A DNA stretch of 64,000 bases from Balanoglossus misakiensis (Eukaryota; Animalia; Hemichordata), in assembly GCA_040954595.2 (NCBI GenBank), contig CM082577.2, positions 18,202,303 to 18,266,302 of the forward strand, in the 5' to 3' direction. Both the position numbers and the translations under genes were made by a program. Shown here piece by piece: positions 12,715 through 26,121 of the stretch (its first letter is position 1; each line of letters begins with the position of its first letter). Below the pieces are notes generated by a model. The model was not told the DNA's origin. It worked only from the letters and a program-made list of their open reading frames with translations, and ran no database searches.

Positions 12715-13823
12715 TAGCCCTGCGTACAGGTCTGTGTGTTCCCGGCGTTACATGGCCTCCACCACAGCCCTGCAAGGCGCCATAGAAAAAACTGGTGCTT
12801 CTGCGGTCCGGATCCGGACCGCAGCTTTTTCGACCGAAATTCGATTTTATCGAAGCAAAATCCTTTCCCTGTCTACTTCTGCCTCCTAACCGACTCCAAA
12901 TATGATGCGATTAACTTGTCCTAACGTCCGAACCACTCGCGTTTGATTTATTTTTGTGTATTTACATGTTGAGATCGCCATATTAAATATAAGGCTTACA
13001 GCGAGTTTATCTCCATGGGTAAACATAAAAGTTTTAGAAAGCGCCAGTTTTTTCTATAGTGCCTTTCACACGTGCCGTCAACGCCGCCCCAGCGGCGGCC
13101 CTAGGGCGGCGTTAATTTGTAAGTGCCACGTGTGAAAAGGTGAGAGCGGCCCTGCGCTGGTCTTTTTCTGGGACGGTGTTGAGGGGTGGGGACCTGGGTC
13201 GGGGCGCCGCACTAAGCAGCGATTCAAATCACGTGTGAACAGAAACACCGCACTAAACGCCGATCTAAACGCACTCTGCCGATGCGGTTTGTCTCATTAA
13301 GCATTGTCTGCATTAAGCGTTGAGGTTCACTTTACTAAAACAATGGCCGAAGCAGGCAACAATTGGAGTGACGCGGAAATGGCCAAGGCACATACACAGG
13401 AATTGCAAACTCGACCTCCGACGACGATTTTGTAGCATGGACTGCAGTCTTCCAATCGCAACCTCCAATGAAAGGTTACCATAAACGGGTATCGGGTCAT
13501 TCAAATGCCCATGAAATCGGCGTCGACGACGTTTAAAAAGCAAATTCAAGAGTACCATATACAGTAAACACATCACTGGATCCGCCATTGTGACCTTTTT
13601 GCCACGCTGCTGTGGACGCGCGTAGAGGGAGATGACCCCGTCCCTTTTATACACATGTGAATGCAAAACAATTTGAGTCGCTGATAAGAAATGTTTACCA
13701 ACTTTTATAATCCCAAAAAGGACGCCCTAACCATGGCACGTGTGCAAGCGGCTTATGGCGCCTCGCAGGGCTGTGGTGGAGGCCGTGTAACGCCGGGAAC
13801 ACACAGACCTGTACGCAGGGCTA
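12715..13823. mobile_element. Non-autonomous TIR DNA transposon, TAG...CTA termini, 10-bp TSD (AcademH-like)
   Basis: ~70-90 bp TIRs beginning tagccctgcgtacaggtctgtgtgttcccggcgttaca. TSD aacccatggt at 12705-12714 and 13824-13833. It can alternatively be read as an 8-bp TSD with TTAG ends. Confidence 0.85.
13058..13753. mobile_element. PIF/Harbinger-like non-autonomous element inserted in the right TIR of the TAG element
   Basis: Imperfect TIRs agtgcctttcacacgtgcc / ggcacgtgtgcaagcggct with a 3-bp TSD (tat). Removing it restores gttttttctatggcgcc, the complement of the host's left TIR. Confidence 0.75.
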
Positions 13824-14199
13824 AACCCATGGTGTTCTTAAAACCGGCGTCTATGGCAGGTTTGAAATTGTATGACATTGTTGACTATGTGCCAAGCTCT
13901 CTCCAGGCGAAGGTCGAGCAACAAGTGTTGGCCGTTGGAGAGGGAGATAACAAACTAGTTTTCGAATCGGGCCAATGTTGATGCAAAAACAGGACGTCCC
14001 ATTTGTATCGGTTTCAATAAAGGGGACTGCAAGTACGGGGTCAAATGTACTTACAGCCATATCTGTTTAGACTGCAAGAAACCCCATCCCAAAATCAACC
14101 ACCCAAACTTGTCAGGGGGGACCCAAAGAGCGAGAACAAGCCACTTCAAGGGTTACTGACCTGCCCACCCCTCCTCCCCTCCCATCATCCTTGCGTTAT

Positions 14200-15267
14200 A
14201 GATAGATAGATAGATTTTATTTCAGTACTGGTGGCCTCCGGCCAAAATGTACAAATCAGTAAGTATAAATTGTTAGCTTATCGCTAGACATGTTGAACAC
14301 GGCAGAGCAAAAAAATAAATAAATAATAAACGAATGTATTAAGTATTGTTGATGGTATCCTCTCTAAGTTTGGTGGCATAAAAGATAAACCTACTGAGAT
14401 TTCTCAGTGTAGTTGTATGTTGGGATGTTAAGAGTACCTTAAACTTATATAACAATGGGGGATTAAAATAAAATTGCGAAAAATACTTCTGGCGTAGTTC
14501 ATTGTACAATGGGCAAACAAGTAAAAAGTGAAACTCGTCTTCAACAGTGTTACAATCACACATTTCACAAATTCTTAAAGCCCTTGGAGTATTGTTCTTG
14601 CGTCCAGATTCAATTTTCAAGATATGTGCTGAAGTTCTAAATTTACAGAGTGCAATTCTGAAAATGGCTTTATCAATACAAGTTAAGTATGGTTCTAAAA
14701 TCAGTTCTCTTTTAAAAGTGGCATATGTATCTAATTTACGTGATTCATTCATTTCATTCGACCAAAGCTGGATATCTATGTCAATACAACGCTGTTTAAA
14801 CATTTTCAAAAAATCGGCTTCACTCCCAACTCCTTGTTGTTCCCAGACCTCCCCAAAACCATAACTCTGGAGCAAATATTTCACATTTTTAGCCCAAAAA
14901 TTGTATTTTTGTACATTAATATTCTGAAGTTGGAAATCATAACATTTAAAAAGTAGTCTATTTGTATCCATATTTACAATTCTAAGCCAGTATTTGATTA
15001 TCTTACAATATATATGCACTCGCAATGATACTCTACCCAATTCCCCCCTAATGGCAGCAATGGAGGTATTTGTATACAAGTTTAAAATAAAGCGCAACAT
15101 ACTATTATGGACCATTTCAATATTTTTAGCATGGTGAAAGCCCCAGATTTCGGAACCATAGAGTAGAATTGTTAAGATTTTACAGTCAAATTTTTTTAGA
15201 GCTAGTGATGGCGGAAGAGTTCCAAACTTACAGAGACAAGATTTTAAGCTAAAAGGGCTCTGTTAGG
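14200..15267 (-). mobile_element. 5'-truncated LINE (RTE-X-like), 3' end of ORF2 plus tail
   Basis: ORF 14339..15115 has AIRGELGR and KFRTSAH..ESGR..CEMC..EDEFHFLLVCP. It has a (TATC)n tail and an 11-bp TSD, ccttgcgttat, at 14189-14199 and 15268-15278. Confidence 0.9.
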
Positions 15268-15920
15268 CCTTGCGTTATGATGCCTGAGTGGGTTAATGAA
15301 ATTTGCCCCAATGACCCAGACAAAGATTTTATTCTTGACGGGATTGAACATGGCTTTCAAATTGTCGACCCCGATTCTAATATCCGCCCTGCTGAGACTA
15401 ATAATTATAAGTCTGCTACGGACTCTCCCTTTCGGTCTGCAGTGGAGAAACAAATTTTGGCTGAGTTGAGTGAAGGTCGTTATGAGGTCACATCAGACAA
15501 ACCTACTATTGTGAGTGCTGTACTGTCCTGTTTCTGAAATTCTTAGGGCATTTCTAATGGGGCACCCCCTACAGGCCCAGCCTTTGTCATCCCTGCAGGC
15601 AATGGTAGCTTCCGCCCGCTCACTGCCCCACAGTTCACCTCCAAGCTCCGCACCCATCTTAGTCGCCTAGGGTACAGGTCAGTGAATATTCTTCACACAG
15701 TCTCCGTCGGGGAGGGGCATCCTGGGCAATACAGTGTGGGGTTCCCAGTGATATAATTAAGGTGACGGGGGATTGGAGGAGTGACGCATACCTTCGTTAC
15801 TTGGTCCTCCCCCCTCCCTTTCAAAGTTAACTCTGTTAAGCTTTGTGCCAACAGCTTCCTTTTTCTACTTCTACATTGTAAGCAATTTTTCTATGACTAC
15901 CACTACTATATTGGGTTTTT

Positions 15921-16550
15921 GGGAGAATTTTGTAGTAAACACAGACAGACTTCAACTGTCAATTAGTATGTGTTTTTATTAGAAATAAAGTTTCCCCCAA
16001 GGTTGTGCCCAATGTGTGTGTCCCAGTGTGGTTTGTGTGTGGGAGCCAGTGTGCCTTAAGGAGTAGCTCTAAGTGAGCGCTGTTTAAGGCGCGGTGGGGA
16101 CGGTAGGGGTCCGTGTGCCAGCCAATTATTTGCTGTCTCAAGCCCGCTGGAGGGAAAGTTTCCCAGGCTTGGTCATTGCCACTTTTGCATTCGGAGGAGC
16201 AGCAGGCTGGACACGGGACGCTATTGACCCACCCTCCCACCACACACTCCAGGGAATTTCTTCCTTTGGTCTGTAGTTTTGCCTACTCAGCAGACTTTGG
16301 TCTTTCTTAAGTCCTTGTTGCTTTATTATTTTATATTTATTGTATTTATTAAAAGCATTGTTTGTATGCGTTGCATTGTTTTCCTACTTCCTTTGATAGT
16401 GTAGATTTCAGGGGGAGAATTTTGTAGTAAACACAGACAGACTTCAACTGTCAATTAGTATTTGTTTTTATTAGAAATAAAGTTTCCCCCAAAATTGTGC
16501 CCAATTTGTGTGTCCCAGTGTGGTTTGTGTGTGGGAGTCAGTGTGCCTTA
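15921..16550 (+). repeat. Ngaro-type split direct repeats (B1 15921-16058, B2 16413-16550)
   Basis: Two ~138-bp near-identical copies (gggagaattttgtagtaaacacagacagac...gtgtgcctta) downstream of the YR remnant. Confidence 0.88.
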
Positions 16551-16819
16551 AACTCGAGATTTCCCCATTTGGACTTTAGTCCGTTCACATTCCAGACAAC
16601 AAAAGATACATTTACATATGAATTAACAGAACTATGAATAACGCCTCCAGATTCTTTCTTGGAAAAAGAACGAAGGCCTTGGCCACGATCCTATGGTTTC
16701 GATAATTTCGCAATATCATTTTTATTGTAATCAAATACAAAAATATCCTGTTCAAGGACAAGCTTATCATAACGAAGTGGAGCAGTTTTACCATTTGCTC
16801 TAGCCTCAGCTAGATAATG

Positions 16820-18680
16820 GCCGAGCGGTATACCTATACAGGCCTCGATGTGTTGCAAATGTTGTGATGTGTCGACTTTCTTCACGCAGTTGGATTTGAT
16901 GGAAACCCCATTTCAGATCCAAACATGAAAATACTGTGCTGCCATTCAGATCATGCAACAATTCTTCCACGGTAGGAATAGGCTGGCGTTCTCTGACAAT
17001 CGCCTCGTTGGCACGTCTCATATCAACACAGATACGCACGTCACCATCTGGTTTTGGTATCACCACCAGTGGAGAAACCCATCCTGTTGGTCCCTCTGGC
17101 ACTTCCTCAATGATACCAGTTTCCAACTGTTCATCCAGTTTTTCATCTACTTTCTCTCTTAGGCCATATGGAACTCTTCTCACAAGCTGTGCAACTGGCT
17201 TTACTGACTCATCTATGTTTAACTTCAACCCATAGTCTTTCAGAAGACCGATGCCGCTCAGCACATCTCCGTAATCTTCCCTTTTGTCACTGCCTGAATT
17301 TCCACTAACTGTGTTGACTTTCAAGTCATGCATCAACCTGAACTGGCCCAACACGAAGCAGATTCAGTGTCTCAGCTGTCTCTTTACACAGCAAACTTTT
17401 CCCTTTTCCTTAGATGACAATACAGTCTGCTCGGCATGGCGCTCCATTCGGTGTCACAATATCAGCTGTAACAGTACCTAAAGTACTGTTGGTAATGAAT
17501 TCGTGCTGCCATATGCATACAAAACTTTTGTGTCTCTGCGTGATGTACACTGGATACTTTACATGTCGCTCCAGAGTCTATCAGGACATCAGGTAAGTCT
17601 ACTCCACCCACCTGTAGTGTGACGTTACCATTGCGACCGCATGCAACATCTCCGACGGTGAAACCATAATGACGGTGTGCATCTTCACCTGACTATCATT
17701 CTGTGGCTCTACAGAACTGTTTTCTGTCTTGCTTTTCTGGCTAGACTTCACTTTACCCTTGTCCATCTGTTTTTGTTGATGCTGTTGTTTACCAGGAATA
17801 AGTCTGGGACATCTCACCTTGAAATGACCATCTGTTTTTGTTGATGCTGTTGTTTACCAGGAATAAGTCTGGGACATCTCACCTTGAAATGACCAACTTC
17901 GTCACACAATCTGCACTTTTGGCCTCTCGCTTGGCACTTCTCATCTCTTGCTAAGTGTCCTGTACGTCCACATTTGTAGCAACATTTCTTACCACTGTGT
18001 GGTTTCCGGTTACCATACTGTACTCTGCCTTTACTATTACCACCAATAGCATTGACATAACCATGGGTTTTGCTTTCGCCCATCATTGTTTTCATCTGAC
18101 AGTCAACAGCTTCTTGCGCTCGGGCAAGATGAGATCGGTCAGTGTCACATTGCCTTCTTTTTCAAGGAATTTACGACGTAACTTCGGGGAATAGCACTTA
18201 TCTAGTATCAGTTGATGTCTGATGTATTCGTCTTTCTTTGCACCAAAATCACACGTAGGTGCTCGCTCTCTTAGCCTTCACACGAACTGATCAATAGTTT
18301 CATCGCTAGACTGGCTTATTTGTCTGAATAAATGTCTCTCGAACGGTACGTTCGCTTTCGGTATAAAGTATTCGTCAAGTACCTTCATTGTGTCCTTGTA
18401 CATTTGTTTCACGTCCTCACCCACGAGCGTGTAGTACACGTCTTGTACACCGAGTCCGGCTGTGTGCAACAGGAGTGCTTGCTTCTGTACGTCAGCTGTC
18501 ACACCCTATCAAGTACAGTTCAAAAGCTCGTTTCCACTTCTTCCATCGTTGAGAAGCAGAATTGGGATCGTCACTGACGTCAAACGGTTGGAGACTGCCG
18601 ATTGCCGTCGACAGAGGAACCACATTTCCACCACCGCCGTCCATACCAGCGTTTTCAGCTTGCGACATCACAGCAACTGA
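16820..18680 (-). mobile_element. Ty3/Gypsy gag-RT fragment, degenerate
   Basis: gag reads QRWKKWKRAFELY..QALLLHTAG..FERHLFRQ. Double zinc knuckle CYKCGRTGH / CRLCDEVGHF. RT reads WVSPLVVIPKPDGDVRICVDMRRANEAI..LDLKWGFHQI..TTFATHRGLYRY. A ~67-bp internal duplication lies at ~17762-17895. Confidence 0.9.
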
Positions 18681-21044
18681 AATTAGGTGTACTCACAGAG
18701 AGAAAAATAGCGTCAAGGACACTTGGTGCTCTCTCAGTGTGTAGTGGATGATGAGCAACATATTTGGAGAACAGTGGTTTGGTATATGGGTAAAAGGAAC
18801 AATTTGCAAACACCAATGTGAAATGCTGAACTGTTTTGCTCATGTAATATTGAATGCAGCCTGATAAGGTGGGTGCTTGGCAGGGGGAAAAACCACATGT
18901 CAAGGGCTCTAATAACTATTTTAAATTTAGTCTTAAAAGTTGCCCGCACTCACAAATGGCCTCACACAAATATATTCTGTAATTTTCCTCTCAGATTTTG
19001 TATCTTATGTTATACTGATGGAATTCATTGTGTATTGTTATATCAAATTGCACTAGTGCAAGCTATGAGAAATGTGTTTTGAAAAAAACAGTATTTTCAA
19101 GTATATAATGTCATGTGCTGACTATAGTAGTGTAGGCGTTAGCAAAAAAATACATGAATTGTTCAAACAGAAAGTTAAATCATTTAGTTTCCCCAGTTGC
19201 TGGGAGCATAGCAGTTGTGAGCATAGTATATGAAATAAATTAAAATAGTCATTGCTCTCTGGTCCATCAGTTTCAGTAGAAGTGACCATCAATAGTTTAC
19301 CAGCCGTCATTTCCAGCTAATTTCATGTAGTACAAAACTCCTATACAACATAATGACATTTCTACAACCTTTTTGCTGGTTGGGCCCACAGACTAACACT
19401 AGTAGTTCTAAAAAGAAACTTCCATAACAACCTGTACACTTGACGCGTTCAAGTCAAGGCAGACCTAACCCATTCAAAATATGCAAATTAGGAAAAGACG
19501 CATATGCATTCTTTGCGTCCCCAGAGACACACAGGGAAATCAAGCGAGTGCGGCCACTAGCTGGAAGAGCTGAATTCAATGCATTGCCTTACGTCAATCG
19601 TATCTTGTGTTGATACACTACATCGGGGATTATTGTTCATGCAAGATCAACTCACGACATAAATTATTTCACTGAAGAAATCATACTGTGACATAGCATA
19701 AAAGTCGCCGATTACAAACACCTGAGGTTTTATATCTGACAAAATGTCAAGGTTACCAGTTAGTGAAATGTAGTTTGCTAGGCAACACGCTGGGACGCTA
19801 GTGCCATTTCTTCGTCTGCTTTTATAGTAGGAATGTCAGCATGAGTCATGCGAAAACGTTCTCTGATGTTTCTTTAATGCGAGTGAATTTCAATCGTTAA
19901 CTGCGCGGCGGTTGTTTAAACAAGTGACCTGGCGGTCAATGCAGCTCCTCTGTGATACTTTGCATTATAAGAAAGATAATGTGCACAATGATTGGACAAA
20001 CTTGGCAGCAGAGTTAAATAAGCAAATTTGTGATGCCATAAAATACACTAATGCAAAATTTGGCACAATTTCAATAAATTAGACTTAGATCACCCCAAGG
20101 GACCTTCACACCAAAGTTCAAAACGAATACACACATGCATTTTCGAAGATGACTTCGCAAGACTTTTAATACCAACGATTGTTGTAAAAAAAATACAATA
20201 CTACAGATTCTGTCCTGATTTGAACAAAGGCCATTTGGATGGACCCTGTGGACCTGCATACCAATTTCAAGGCAATGAACAAGAGGATTATGAGAAGATT
20301 TTTGACCATAAAAGGTAATTTCCCCCAAAATACAATATTGGAGCTTCTGTCATAATTTGAACATCTGATTTATATCACAAGCAGGGATCTGCAGATCCAT
20401 GTTCTAAGTAATCAGACAAGCGAACATGCAAATTTCACCACAATTTGCTCAAATCAACTCCGGTCACCTCTAGGAGCCTGCATATTAAATGTCAAAGTCA
20501 TCGGATCAGTAATTTCGGACAGGAAGGTGTTTTACCAAGCGTTAACAAACGGCGGACGACGACGGAAATCACAGCTCCGTGTCGCTGATCCTCCAATCGA
20601 CTTGTCCATAATGTAACCATTACTTAGTATTGTGACATAAATGGACCAATTTCACACCTTTGACGAGAGGTCATCATGGCAATACATAAACGCGAGTTTA
20701 AATGCCATGTACGAGCTAATTACTCATATCTTCTGCGTCGGGTTCGGAGACTGTGAAATATTACACATTTTAAATTTTACACATGTAAAATTTGTTGAAG
20801 TTTAAAGGCTACAATTCGGTATCACCTTCTTTTAATTACATTTTGAGTGAATTTCACGTTACAATTTATGGATGTGAAGTAAATATGACGATATCGCGAA
20901 GTGATCTGCAAGTGATCACTGTTTGCCTGGATTCTCTCTCTACTGAAACGTAAGTTTTATTCCCCTGTTAATAACAGTGTTATATTTATGAGGTCCCCTG
21001 GCGTCAAATGTGACCGGTCATACCGTATAAGCGTCAAGCCTCAT

Positions 21045-21382
21045 TGAACAATTTCCATGACGACACTGTCTACATGTTGATCAAATGGGTTACTATGAGG
21101 TCCAATTGTAATGGGTGCTACCATATTCCCGTCATTACGTTTTGAACTTCCATGCCTGAACAATTTCCATGACGACACTGTCTACATGTTGATCAAATGG
21201 GTTACTATGAGGTCCAATTGTAATGGGTGCTACCATATTCCCGTCATTACGTTTTGAACTTCCATGCCTGAACAATTTCCATGACGACACTGTCTACATG
21301 TTGATCAAATGGGTTACTATGAGGTCCAATTGTAATGGGTGCTACCATATTCCCGTCATTACGTTTTGAACTTCCATGCCTG
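21045..21382. repeat. Tandem repeat, 3 x 112 bp, apparently identical
   Basis: The unit tgaacaatttccatgacgacactg...gaacttccatgcc starts at 21045, 21157 and 21269. Confidence 0.95.
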
Positions 21383-21432
21383 CTTTCGAGATGAATGTGC
21401 GAACGTATAGAACAAAAAAACAGAATATCGTG

Positions 21433-21495
21433 TAAGCGGGGCCTACACTCTACCTGAGTCAGGCATCAGTATCTGACGAGTGTAGGCCCCGCTTA
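21433..21495. repeat. Short inverted repeat / minimal MITE (18-bp arms)
   Basis: taagcggggcctacactc ... gagtgtaggccccgctta; the arms are perfect complements with a 27-bp spacer. Confidence 0.7.
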
Positions 21496-24400
21496 ACAGT
21501 AATACATCGCCTATGTCAAAACAGCCCTAGTTCCCTTGTACACACACACTATATATATTACTTAGATATACTATATGGAGATATCTATCCGATGTTCTGG
21601 ACGGTAATTCCCATTGCCAACCTACTTATTATATGACGAAGGCGGTTCACACATATCCTGTCGTCATGTAAACTAGTTGACAAATACAAGTACCGAGCCT
21701 CTTCGCAAACAGACTTGCCCGGTATTTCAAACTTCTGCACAACTACCATCGGATACTTTCTTTTTTCTTTATCGCTTATGTTATGTTAATACATTTCTGC
21801 CAAATAAGTAGGCTTTTTGTTTTCATACATGATTATTAACATTGCCATTAAGCTGGCACTCAACTTAATGGTTTAACTCGAGGTAATCTCTAACTCAGTT
21901 TAATTGAATAAAGAAAATGAATATGACAATACTTGACTCAAAAAATTTGTTCCATTGACTCCTAATAGACGGAATGTGTGCCCTTATACTTCCGCTCAGT
22001 ATAATCTACACCAAGAGAAAGTTGCAGTTGAGTGTTAACAAGCCCTACGTCATATTACCATATATCCACATTTTCTCCAGGCTATATAGTAAAAGGTGAA
22101 AAGGTTATGGATTGGATATTACTTTCAATCTCACTGCCAGACAAGTGAGTCCAAATTAGATTGAACGCATCTTGACTACAGAGAGCGAAATAAAATCACG
22201 GGTGGTCGCTATTTTCTTCTAAATTCGACTCAATTATGCATCTGATCAGACCTTCCAATCATGTACAAAATTATATTGCCGTCACATATGTAAGCCGATA
22301 ACGTTTACCATTTAGTGCTCGCTTATCACAATGAGAAGCAAAACCCCAGGGTTTTACTAAGCGTTTTGTGATCGTTTTACAGAAGACTTGTTTTCATAAT
22401 TGTCTAGGGTCACTTGTATTTTAACTTCCGCGTGCATTTCGTGAATACTCTTTTTGACACATATTCTGTTCCTTGATAAATGGAGAGTTCAAAATATTAT
22501 TATTGACAAAATATTTGTAATAAGTCAAATTAAGTATAAGTATGATTTTGACATACTTGTTCATATTTCATATATTATGTCGACCGACACTTTCTGAATA
22601 TACTACGATATTGTGACCCATTTAATTATAGTCTCATAGAGCAAATGAGAGCAGGTTGTAAAACGATTTCCTTTCTTTCCGTCATTATCAAGATGAACTT
22701 GGTTACTTGAATTACTCAAATCCATCAGAACTGTGGGTAAATTCACCATGGGAGTACTCTATATACTTTTTCTAAGCCCGTGTCTTTAATTTATGTAGTG
22801 ATGCTATCTTGGAAACACCTTGGCAAACACCAATTCGTACCAAGGAAGGAATAAATATCTTATTTACTAACATAATGAATATTCTCATCATTTTCAGCAT
22901 TTTTGTAAAACAAGACTCGAGATGCGGCTCATTTCTTACTGTTATACTTGCCTTGTTTTTCTGCTTTTTGCTTGTTGATATTGTAATGAATTTTAACAGT
23001 TTCTTTCCTAACTGCTGTAGATTGTGTGGCCCAAATGAATCGTGGCAGCAGCTGTAGCTTTAACCCTTACCCGTGCAACCATTGCCAACGTTAAGCAGTT
23101 AATGTACCATAAACACCGTACCATTTACCAATTTTGGGGTCCAGGGAACGGACAAGGCGATGATGTTCCGCTCTTGAGTCCCTTTTCTGTGTCTTTACCA
23201 AAGCAATCCCCCCCCCCCCTTAGCCAGAAGTGATGAGAACTTCATCCTGTAAGTGGGCTGTCGCTCATTGGATGATATAAAAAATAAAATAAATAAAATA
23301 TCTCATAACCTTGTCTTTGATATTGGCAGAAAAACTAGACACATCGATCATATAATTCCTGATAAGTGCCATGAAGATTTAATTGAAACAGTAACATAGT
23401 ATATAAACAGTTACAAGAAGGTTTAAGTCGTGTAGAAGTTCTAATTAAACATGCTTCATTATACACACAGTTTTCAACAGAAGTTCATCAATATTCCATA
23501 AACCATGGAGAAAGAGAGACGAACAACTGCGGCAAAGATCAAAGACAATCGACTACTTCCTGTCCATAAACACGGCTGAGATACGGTCAGTAATCCCTTT
23601 GTGTTCACAAATTAGATTATTTCTCTTTGTGAAGTTCGGACATGCCGAGTACAATTTTTAAGCCTATTTTGAAACAAATGTGAAGGCAGTCTATAAACAA
23701 TTCAGTGTCAAACACACTATCAACGCCACTTCAGTAGATAGTATCTGATGAAATCTTACTTTTACGGCGAAACGGTGTGCGAATGCAATAAAACAATTAA
23801 AACAACCCGATTGGCCGTGTGTACACTCGCCAAAACGAATATATAATAGGTATAAAATACCTACAGCGGCAATGGAACGTCAATTGAATTTGGTGGTATA
23901 TGTTGACATACTGTAGTAAAGGTTGGAAAACTTGCTTACATTTCTGATGCACGTTATCTGTAGCATTCGTGTCTTGATAGTTATTCAAAACCAGAAATGT
24001 GGACGCATTTTAATTAATTTAACTCACTTTGTTATTACGTGTATATCTTTGAAAAGGATATACTTATAAACGTTGGTGGCGCTTTCTTAGATGATTAATA
24101 TGCCAATCGGAACCAAGATCTTACATAAAACAAAACGTTTCTTTAATGACCTACTCTTACATAAAACAAAAAGTTTCTTTAATGACCTACTCTCGTTCGT
24201 CCTTTGCAGTGGGCAAAAGTGCGACATTTAGAAACTCGTTTATTGTCGCTGTATATATTTTAAAAGTATAAAATAAACATATGTTTGTATACGGTAAAGA
24301 ACGGATTTATGAATTAGTTTGCAATATTGTTAGCAGGTTCCGCGGGTGTCATCATTATGATGTAACAAATTTATAGTTTCAGCACAATTTTGCAAATGTG

Positions 24401-24886
24401 TTGAAAAACGCCATTTCTCACTAATTATTTGTCCTACTGTTTTGCAAATTGGTGTGCAGTGTCCCCGGAATGTCCTCATTATGATGTAACATAATTATGG
24501 TGTAACTACCAATGTTGTATTTTGCCAATGTGTTCAAAATCGCCATTTCCCAGTAATGGCTTATCCAATTGCTTTGCAAATTGGTTTACAGCAGGATTAT
24601 TTTGTACATACTCACGTGCCAGGATGTGTGTTTACAGAAAGAGGTGTTTTTGACGGGTCTTCGGTGTGTTGAGTCTATAAACGCAGAACTTTTCCGCCAT
24701 TCCAAGTGCACAGTTTTAATAGTGCCGGACTGGATTGGCGTACGTATTCATGCATATTCTTAAAAGTTTACTAATTATGGGATAATATGAATAGCATTCA
24801 GTTACCTCGTATGACGACACTCTATCTTCTGACAATTGTCAACATATTTCCCAGGGTTTACTCACATGTAGACTATAACCTCAGGT

Positions 24887-26121
24887 TTGAAACCAAAAGT
24901 TAGCGATGAAGACTTTCTGTCTTTTTACTCAAAGTATGATATAGTAGGAATGGTGGAAACTTTTTGCACTGATAAAGACCATGTCGATGTCTTACGTAAT
25001 TATACAGTTTTCAAATCACCTGCCAAAAGGCGCTATTCCAAAGGAAGACCAAGCGGTGGCACTGCTCTTTATATTAAGATTCATTTTATTCACAAGATTC
25101 GTCCCATTAATAGCAACTTAGAAAATTGTATCTTTATGCATATTCATAAGAGTTTGCTCGGATTTGACCGTAATGTAATTTTGGGATGTTGTTACTTTAG
25201 ACCCGAGTCCATTTTGGACAACCTTGAAAGTTTCGAAAATCAGCTTGTTGAACTATGTTCTGAATTTTCAGACAGTTATTTCATAATTGGTGGTGACTTT
25301 AACGCTCGAACGGGTGTAGAAGACGACTTTATTTTTGATGACTCTGTAGACTTTCTTCCTATGGATGCAGATCTGTACAATTCGTCTAATTTTCACATGC
25401 ACAGAAATTCTAAAGACTTGTCTGTTAATGAAGCGGGAAAAGCCTTACTGGACATCTGTCGAAAATTTGATTTACATATTATCAATGGTCGGGTAGGTGG
25501 TGACAAAGAGGGCAATATCACACATATTTTAGCAACGGGGAGCAGTGTCATCGATTATGTCATTATGTCAGCTGAATTTTTCAGATGTGTTAATTGCTTT
25601 GAAGTCCTTCCACATTTCCCACTCACCTGTTACATAAATTATGTAAATTCATCATTGGCTAATAGCAGCCCTCCAGCGGATTGTGCTCCCACACCCATTA
25701 CTCGTTTTCACATGACTGAGAAATGTAAGCGCTCTTTTGTGAGAAACCTTCACTCCTCTCATATCCAAAACATTTTAGAAGATTCAAGTAGTGCATTTCC
25801 CAACACAAGCTGTGTCATTTCAAAACTTAACCTTTCGTTGCAGAAAGCAGGTGCAGATGGTCGCATTCGGTTAAATCCTTGCAGGGTGAAACCAAATCAA
25901 CCACCCTGGTTTGGCACAAAGTGCAAACAGACCAAAGCTACAGTCTTCAATAAATTAAAGTTGTTCAGACAATTGGGTACACAGGATTCTCTTGACGAGT
26001 TTAAGTCTGCAAAGAAACACTTCAAACAGATTTGCAAGAACTGCAAGCATGAGTACCAAAATTCCATTCGTAATTGTTTTCGGGAGGCGGCATCACAAAA
26101 CTCTGGTGAATTTTGGTCCAT
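24887..26121 (+). pseudogene. LINE apurinic-like endonuclease domain and linker
   Basis: Contains DIVGMVET, GRPSGG, GDFNARTG, SVIDY and PWF, ending at EFWSI. The rest of the listed ORF (to 26401) is read-through into the inserted repeat. Confidence 0.9.

Larger units (their letters stand above)
12216..16550 (+). mobile_element. Ngaro-like YR retrotransposon, internally deleted, carrying three nested insertions
   Basis: gag pieces at 12521-12714 and 13834-14100 rejoin in frame (DLEP-MVFLKP) and end in a zinc-finger region, ICIGFNKGDCKYGVKCTYSHICLDC. An RT stub reads DPDKDFILDGIEHGF..PTIVSA. A YR remnant at ~15520-15830 reads YCPV..HSLRRGGASWA..GDWRSDAYLRY. Split direct repeats lie at 15921-16058 and 16413-16550. 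The 5' boundary is uncertain. Confidence 0.85.

Noticed and set aside
22809-23233. Hydrophobic short ORFs as a third 2-TM paralogue
   Set aside because: Non-ATG starts and no similarity to the SSFLPxFIFLGVGSV motif.
24118-24194. Short tandem duplication (~38 bp); similar ones at ~9536-9581 and ~43814-43845
   Set aside because: Ordinary slippage duplications with no further structure.
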